Shown here: positions 27,608 through 32,000 of the stretch, in pieces
How positions within the stretch are numbered: position 1 is the first letter of the stretch
How the letters are laid out: every line of letters starts with the position of its first letter
NCBI RefSeq assembly: GCF_000007145.1
Contig: NC_003902.1
Location: forward strand, 2,306,497-2,338,496
Source: Xanthomonas campestris pv. campestris str. ATCC 33913
Lineage (GTDB): Bacteria; Pseudomonadota; Gammaproteobacteria; Xanthomonadales; Xanthomonadaceae
Direction of reading: 5' to 3'
Length of the DNA: 32,000 nucleotides
Position numbers and translations under genes: made by a program
Notes under the pieces: generated by a model
The model's input: the letters and a program-made list of their open reading frames with translations, nothing else
Database searches by the model: none
Told to the model about the DNA's origin: nothing

Positions 27608-28828
27608 ATGACCGACTATCCCTCCCGCATTCCTTACGCACGGGCACTGGAGATTCTCCACGCCGTAGCGGCGAACAACCGCCTGCCCGACGAGAACATC
27701 GCCACCTCGCGTGCCGACGGCAGGATCTCCGCCGCCGATCTGATCGCGCCACTGTCGCTGCCGCCGTTCGCCAATAGCTCAATGGACGGCTTTGCCGTGC
27801 GCCACGCCGATACGCTGGGCGAGGACGTGCGTCTGCAGCTGGTGGGCGAGCAGTTTGCCGGCGACTCCTGGAACGGCACGCTGACTGCCGGACACTGCCT
27901 GCGCATCACCACCGGCGCGCCGTTGCCGGCCGGTGCCGACACCGTGGTGCCGAAGGAAGACGCCGACGAGCAGGCAGGTCTGGTGCACCTGCGCACGCAC
28001 CCGACACTGGGGGCGGCGGTGCGGCTGGCGGGCAGCGACGTGCGCGCGGGCGATCTGGTGATCCAGCCCGGCCAGGTCCTTACCCCGGCGCGGATTGGCC
28101 TTGCCGCTGCGCTGGGCGTGTCGCGGCTTGCGGTGGCGCCGCGCCCGACCATTGCGGTGCTGGCGACCGGTGACGAGCTGGTGGAGCCGGGCATGCCGCT
28201 GGGGCCGGGGCAGATCTACAACAGCAACCGCGACATGTTGATGGCGCAGCTGCGGGCACTGGGCTATGCGCCGACCGCGTGGCCAACCTTGCCGGACGAT
28301 CCGCAGCGCATCCGCACCATGCTGGAAGATGCGGCGGCGGCCTTCGATGTGGTGATCACCTGTGGCGGCGTGTCGGCTGGCGAAAAGGACTATCTGCCTC
28401 GCCTGATCCAGGAATTGGGGCAGATCCATTTCTGGCGCGTGCGTATGCGCCCGGGGATGCCGGCGGTGTTGGGGCAGATCGGCCGCTGCCTGGTGTTGGG
28501 CCTGCCGGGCAACCCGGTGTCGGTGCTGGCGACGTTGATCGCCTACGGCGTGCCGCTGCTGGATGCCCTGCAGAGCCGCAGCGAGCCGCGGCCGGTGTGG
28601 CATGCGGCCTTGTCGGCGCCCTGGGACAAGAGCCACGAACGCCTGGAGTTTCTGCGCGGCCGGCTGGACTGTGGCGCCGATGGCCGCCTGGTCGCAACGC
28701 CCCACCGTGGCGACGCCTCGCATCTGCTGCGCGGCGCGGCCGACAGCAACGTATTGATCGTGCTGCCGGAGCCGGCGCGTCACTACGAAGCGGGCGAGGT
28801 GGTGCGGGTGATTCCTTACGCGCTTTAA
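27608..28828 (+). CDS. moeA: Molybdopterin molybdenumtransferase
   Basis: The 406-aa product has MoeA hallmarks: SPPF.NS.MDGFAV, TGAPLP.GAD.VV, TGDEL, GQIYNSN, GGVS.GEKDY and GLPGNPVS. Confidence 0.92.
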   Translation: MTDYPSRIPYARALEILHAVAANNRLPDENIATSRADGRISAADLIAPLSLPPFANSSMDGFAVRHADTLGEDVRLQLVGEQFAGDSWNGTLTAGHCLRITTGAPLPAGADTVVPKEDADEQAGLVHLRTHPTLGAAVRLAGSDVRAGDLVIQPGQVLTPARIGLAAALGVSRLAVAPRPTIAVLATGDELVEPGMPLGPGQIYNSNRDMLMAQLRALGYAPTAWPTLPDDPQRIRTMLEDAAAAFDVVITCGGVSAGEKDYLPRLIQELGQIHFWRVRMRPGMPAVLGQIGRCLVLGLPGNPVSVLATLIAYGVPLLDALQSRSEPRPVWHAALSAPWDKSHERLEFLRGRLDCGADGRLVATPHRGDASHLLRGAADSNVLIVLPEPARHYEAGEVVRVIPYAL

Positions 28829-28838
28829 CCGCCGTGCG

Positions 28839-29975
28839 TCAGGCTGGCGTGCCGCAGAAGGTGGCGTAGTCGGCATAGCCGGGAAATGCCGTGCCTGGTG
28901 CGCACACCGGGCACTGCGGATCGGGCGGCAGGCGGATCTCGCGAAAGCGCATGGCCAATGCGTCGAAGCTGAGCAGGCGCCCGGCCAGGCTGTCGCCGAG
29001 CCCGAGCAAGAGCTTGATCGCCTCGGTCGCCTGCAACAGGCCGATCACGCCGGGCAGCACACCGAGCACACCGGCCTCGGCGCAACTGGGTGCGAACTCC
29101 GGCGGCGGCGGTTCGGGAAACAGGCAGCGGTAGCACGGCAGCTGCCCGCGGTGGCGTCCGGCATCGAACACGCTCAACTGCCCTTCGAACTGTTGCACCG
29201 CGCCATACACCAACGGCTTGCCGAGCTTCACGCAGGCGTCGTTGAGCAAATAGCGCGCCGCGAAATTGTCGGCGCCATCCACCACCACATCGACGTCCTG
29301 CAGCAGGGCCTCGATGTTGCTGGCGGTCACGCGCGTCTGGATGGCGTCGACCTGCACCCGCGGATTCAACGCGGCGATGCGCTGCGCGGCCGACACCACC
29401 TTGGCCATCCCGACGCTGTCTTCGGTATGCAGGATCTGGCGCTGCAGATTGCTGCGATCCACCACATCGTCATCGGCCATGCGCAGGTGCCCGACGCCAG
29501 CGGCGGCAAGATAAAACGCGGCCGGCGAACCGAGCCCACCGGCACCGATCAGCAGAACACGCGCGCGCGCCAGGCGCTGCTGCCCGTCGATGCCCACCTG
29601 CGGCAGGCGCAGATGCCGTGAGTAGCGTTCCAGGAAATCCGTTTCGTCTGACGGCAGCGTCGGCCGTACCAGCGGCAGCCCGTCGCGCGACCAGGCAGTG
29701 GTGCCGCCGAGGACCGACAGCGCGTGCGGATAGCCTTGCTCGCGCAGCTGCGCGGCGGTCTGTGCGGAGCGTTTGCCGCTCTGGCAGATCAGCAGGATGT
29801 CGCGATCGCGGTCGGGCAGATGCTGCGCCGGTGCCTGCTCCAGATCGGCCTGTGCGATGGCAAGCGCGCCTTCGGCCTGGCCGCTGACGCGTTCGTGCGG
29901 TTGGCGGATATCGATCAGCAAGGCGCCGCGCAAGGCGCGGGCACGGGCTTGGGCAGGAGAGAGGTCGTGGCTCAT
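28839..29975 (-). CDS. moeB: Rhodanese-ThiF fusion: molybdopterin-synthase adenylyltransferase/sulfurtransferase (MoeB-like)
   Basis: The N-terminal rhodanese domain has the active-site loop ICQSGKRS. It is followed by the ThiF/MoeB adenylation domain (RYSRHLRLPQVG..GQ..L..ARVLLIGAGGLGSP, DDDVVDRSNLQRQ) with CYRC...CPVC zinc motifs. The start is placed at the ATG at 29975; ATG 30002 or 30080 are possible. Confidence 0.85.
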   Translation of the reverse strand: MSHDLSPAQARARALRGALLIDIRQPHERVSGQAEGALAIAQADLEQAPAQHLPDRDRDILLICQSGKRSAQTAAQLREQGYPHALSVLGGTTAWSRDGLPLVRPTLPSDETDFLERYSRHLRLPQVGIDGQQRLARARVLLIGAGGLGSPAAFYLAAAGVGHLRMADDDVVDRSNLQRQILHTEDSVGMAKVVSAAQRIAALNPRVQVDAIQTRVTASNIEALLQDVDVVVDGADNFAARYLLNDACVKLGKPLVYGAVQQFEGQLSVFDAGRHRGQLPCYRCLFPEPPPPEFAPSCAEAGVLGVLPGVIGLLQATEAIKLLLGLGDSLAGRLLSFDALAMRFREIRLPPDPQCPVCAPGTAFPGYADYATFCGTPA

Positions 29976-30231
29976 GCGGCCATTGTCGCGCAAAGCCTCC
30001 ATCCGATGACGCACCTGTGTGTTGCGCAACATCCGAGTGGCCGGCATGAAGAGCGCGTGCGGATCACGCTGGATGTGCATGTGCCGATCACACGGCTTAG
30101 GCCGGTACGTGGCTGTAATCCAGCGCTTACCGGTGTGGCGCCAGTTGCGCGCTCGCGCCTGGTTCGTCCGCCCATTGCCGAACGCAGAACGCGCAGTGCG
30201 CCATACCTGCAGCCGGCTTCAGGAGAATGTC

Positions 30232-32000
30232 ATGACCCCACTTTTTTGCGTATCGCCTGCGCATTGCAGACGCGCAATACGCCACCCGTTGGCGTTGTCG
30301 ATCGCGCTGCTGCTCAGCCCAGGCGTGCACGCGCAGGAGGCCGCACCCGACGGCACTGCTGCTGCGCAGCCAGCCACCGCGCAGCCAACCTCCACGCTGG
30401 ATGCGGTGCAGGTGCGTGGCGTGCGCAGCAGCGTGGAAAGCGCCATTTCCACCAAGCAGGCACACAAGGAGATCAGCGATTCGATCGTGGCCGAGGACAT
30501 CGGCAAGCTGCCCGACAACAGCGTTGCGGCGGCTCTGCAGCGGGTGACCGGCGTGCAGGTGGCGCGTGCCGGCGGCGAAGTGGGCCAGGTGCTGGTGCGT
30601 GGCCTGCCGAACGTCGTCACCACGCTGGACGGGCGCAATGTCTTCACCACGGTGGGGCGCGACATGGAGTTGGCGGATGTGCCGGCGGAGTTGCTGCGCA
30701 GCGTGGATGTGTACAAGACCACCGGTGCGCAGTTCCAGGAAGGCGGCATCGCCGGCGTGGTGGATGTGCATCTGCGGCGGCCGTTCGATTTCGACGACGA
30801 CAGCACGATTGCCGGCAGCGTCAGCGCATTGCGCGGCGATCAGGCGGAAAAGACCGTGCCCAATGGCAGCCTCACCATGAGCCAGCGCTGGGAGACCGGG
30901 GTGGGGCGCATGGGCGTGATGGGCAGTGTGGCCTACCAGCGTCGCCCGTATCAGGAGTCCAACACGCTCTACGGCACTTATGACCTCAAGCCGAATCCGC
31001 TGGAGCCAGCGCAGCAGCTCTACGTGCCGTACAGCGCCGGCGGGTTGATGGCGCGTGGCGACCGCAAGCGCAAGTCGGCCAATCTCTCGTTTCAGTGGGC
31101 GCCGAGCGACAACAGCGAAATCTACATCGACACCTTGTACATCGGTTACGACAACCGGCCACAGGTGAATTACTGGCTGCCATTCCCGGGGCTGGCGAAC
31201 GCGGAAAATACCGAATCGGTGAGCGTGCGCCCCGGCAGCAACGTGCTCGATGGCCTGGTGGCGCGCGATCTGCAGACGCTGTCCAGCACGCAGGCGCACA
31301 AGAACGCGTCGGACACCTACCAGGCCGCGCTGGGTGGGCGCTGGAGCGGGGAGCGCGTTAAGCTGAGCACCGAGCTGGCGTACACCTACAGCGATGCGAA
31401 GAATCGCGCATTCACGCTGGACATGGACACGCGTGCGCCGCTGCTGCACATGCGATCGGGCGGTGGCGCGGCCGATACCTGGATCACCCAACGCGATGGC
31501 AGCCCGTATGACATCACTGCGCCAGGCAACTGGGTCTTGCGCCAGTACTACGACAGCTGGAACCGGCAGCGCGGCGAAGAATGGGCCTGGCGCGGCGATG
31601 CCACCTTCGAGCTGGATGCCGGGCCGCTGACCTCGCTGGAGGTGGGCGCGCGCGCCAGCCGGCGCACCGCGACCAATCATTCCGGCGACACCGGTGCGCG
31701 CGACAACATCACCGGCGCGCCGATCCTGCTGAGCGACGTGCCCGGGCTGGCATCGGTAACGCCAGGCAACATGCTCGACGGCGCGCGCGCGTTCACCAGC
31801 GATCGCTGGGCCTCCGCCAACCAGGACGTGCTGCTGCAGCAAAGCGCACGCCTGCGGACGCTGATGGGGCAATCCCCGGAAGCGCCGCTGGAAAATCCGG
31901 CGTTGTTCTTTGATGACCGCGAAGACAACTACGCGGTCTATGCGCAGCTGAACTATGGTTTCTCGCTGGGGCCGGTGCCGGTGGATGGGCGGATCGGTGC
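30232..32000 (+). CDS. TonB-dependent outer-membrane receptor (5' partial, continues beyond window)
   Basis: This gene is not in the supplied ORF track because there is no in-window stop. The RBS AGGAGA (30221-30226) lies 5 nt before the ATG at 30232. My hand translation found no stop codon through 31998. The signal peptide is ...LLLSPGVHA|QE and the TonB box is STLDAVQVRG. The plug motifs are ISDSIVAEDIGKLPDNSVAAALQRVTGVQV, VRGL and GIAGVVDV, followed by a beta-barrel-like YAQLNYGF. Confidence 0.85.
   Translation, partial: MTPLFCVSPAHCRRAIRHPLALSIALLLSPGVHAQEAAPDGTAAAQPATAQPTSTLDAVQVRGVRSSVESAISTKQAHKEISDSIVAEDIGKLPDNSVAAALQRVTGVQVARAGGEVGQVLVRGLPNVVTTLDGRNVFTTVGRDMELADVPAELLRSVDVYKTTGAQFQEGGIAGVVDVHLRRPFDFDDDSTIAGSVSALRGDQAEKTVPNGSLTMSQRWETGVGRMGVMGSVAYQRRPYQESNTLYGTYDLKPNPLEPAQQLYVPYSAGGLMARGDRKRKSANLSFQWAPSDNSEIYIDTLYIGYDNRPQVNYWLPFPGLANAENTESVSVRPGSNVLDGLVARDLQTLSSTQAHKNASDTYQAALGGRWSGERVKLSTELAYTYSDAKNRAFTLDMDTRAPLLHMRSGGGAADTWITQRDGSPYDITAPGNWVLRQYYDSWNRQRGEEWAWRGDATFELDAGPLTSLEVGARASRRTATNHSGDTGARDNITGAPILLSDVPGLASVTPGNMLDGARAFTSDRWASANQDVLLQQSARLRTLMGQSPEAPLENPALFFDDREDNYAVYAQLNYGFSLGPVPVDGRIG

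Noticed and set aside
30127-31872. A 581-aa minus-strand ORF, together with a 419-aa plus-strand ORF (29724..30983), covers the right end of the window.
   Set aside because: The third frame, ATG 30232 on the + strand, encodes an unmistakable TonB-dependent receptor N-terminus with an RBS. The two listed ORFs have wrong-frame composition, and 29724..30983 also overlaps moeB.

Overview
This is a high-GC chromosomal segment whose gene content, synteny and motifs point to Xanthomonas or a close Xanthomonadaceae relative. That assignment is inferred, not searched. Most of the window is two conserved housekeeping blocks. Block 1, with strands mixed, is infA, aat, a FemAB-like gene, trxB, ftsK, a transglutaminase-like gene, lolA, a giant ORF and rarA. 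Block 2, on the + strand, is ndk, rlmN, pilF, rodZ, yfgM, bamB, der and moeA, with moeB convergent. Between the blocks lie a CLC-F fluoride antiporter and a PsrA-like TetR / 3-hydroxyacyl-CoA dehydrogenase-hydratase / thiolase operon.

Four things go beyond the ORF track:
- The 1388-1417 aa ORF between lolA and rarA looks like an XopZ/HopAS1-type type III effector. It sits behind an imperfect PIP-box promoter (TTCTC-N15-TTCGC-N31-TAATGT).
- A fluoride (crcB-motif) riboswitch, with a competing hairpin and a sigma70-like promoter, lies upstream of the CLC gene. This forces a shorter start for that gene.
- A TonB-dependent receptor gene starts at 30232 and runs off the right edge. The ORF track omits it, while two long spurious ORFs cover the region.
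- Several small elements are present: two orphan intrinsic terminators (trxB-ftsK and upstream of ndk), a PsrA-type operator, and a heptamer-based inverted-repeat element inside the fad operon.

I found no tRNA or rRNA genes, CRISPR array, IS element or integrase. I also see no convincing multi-gene novel system. The most interesting unknown is the giant effector-like protein and its C-terminal module. Many long ORFs in the track are antisense or alternate-frame artefacts of high GC.
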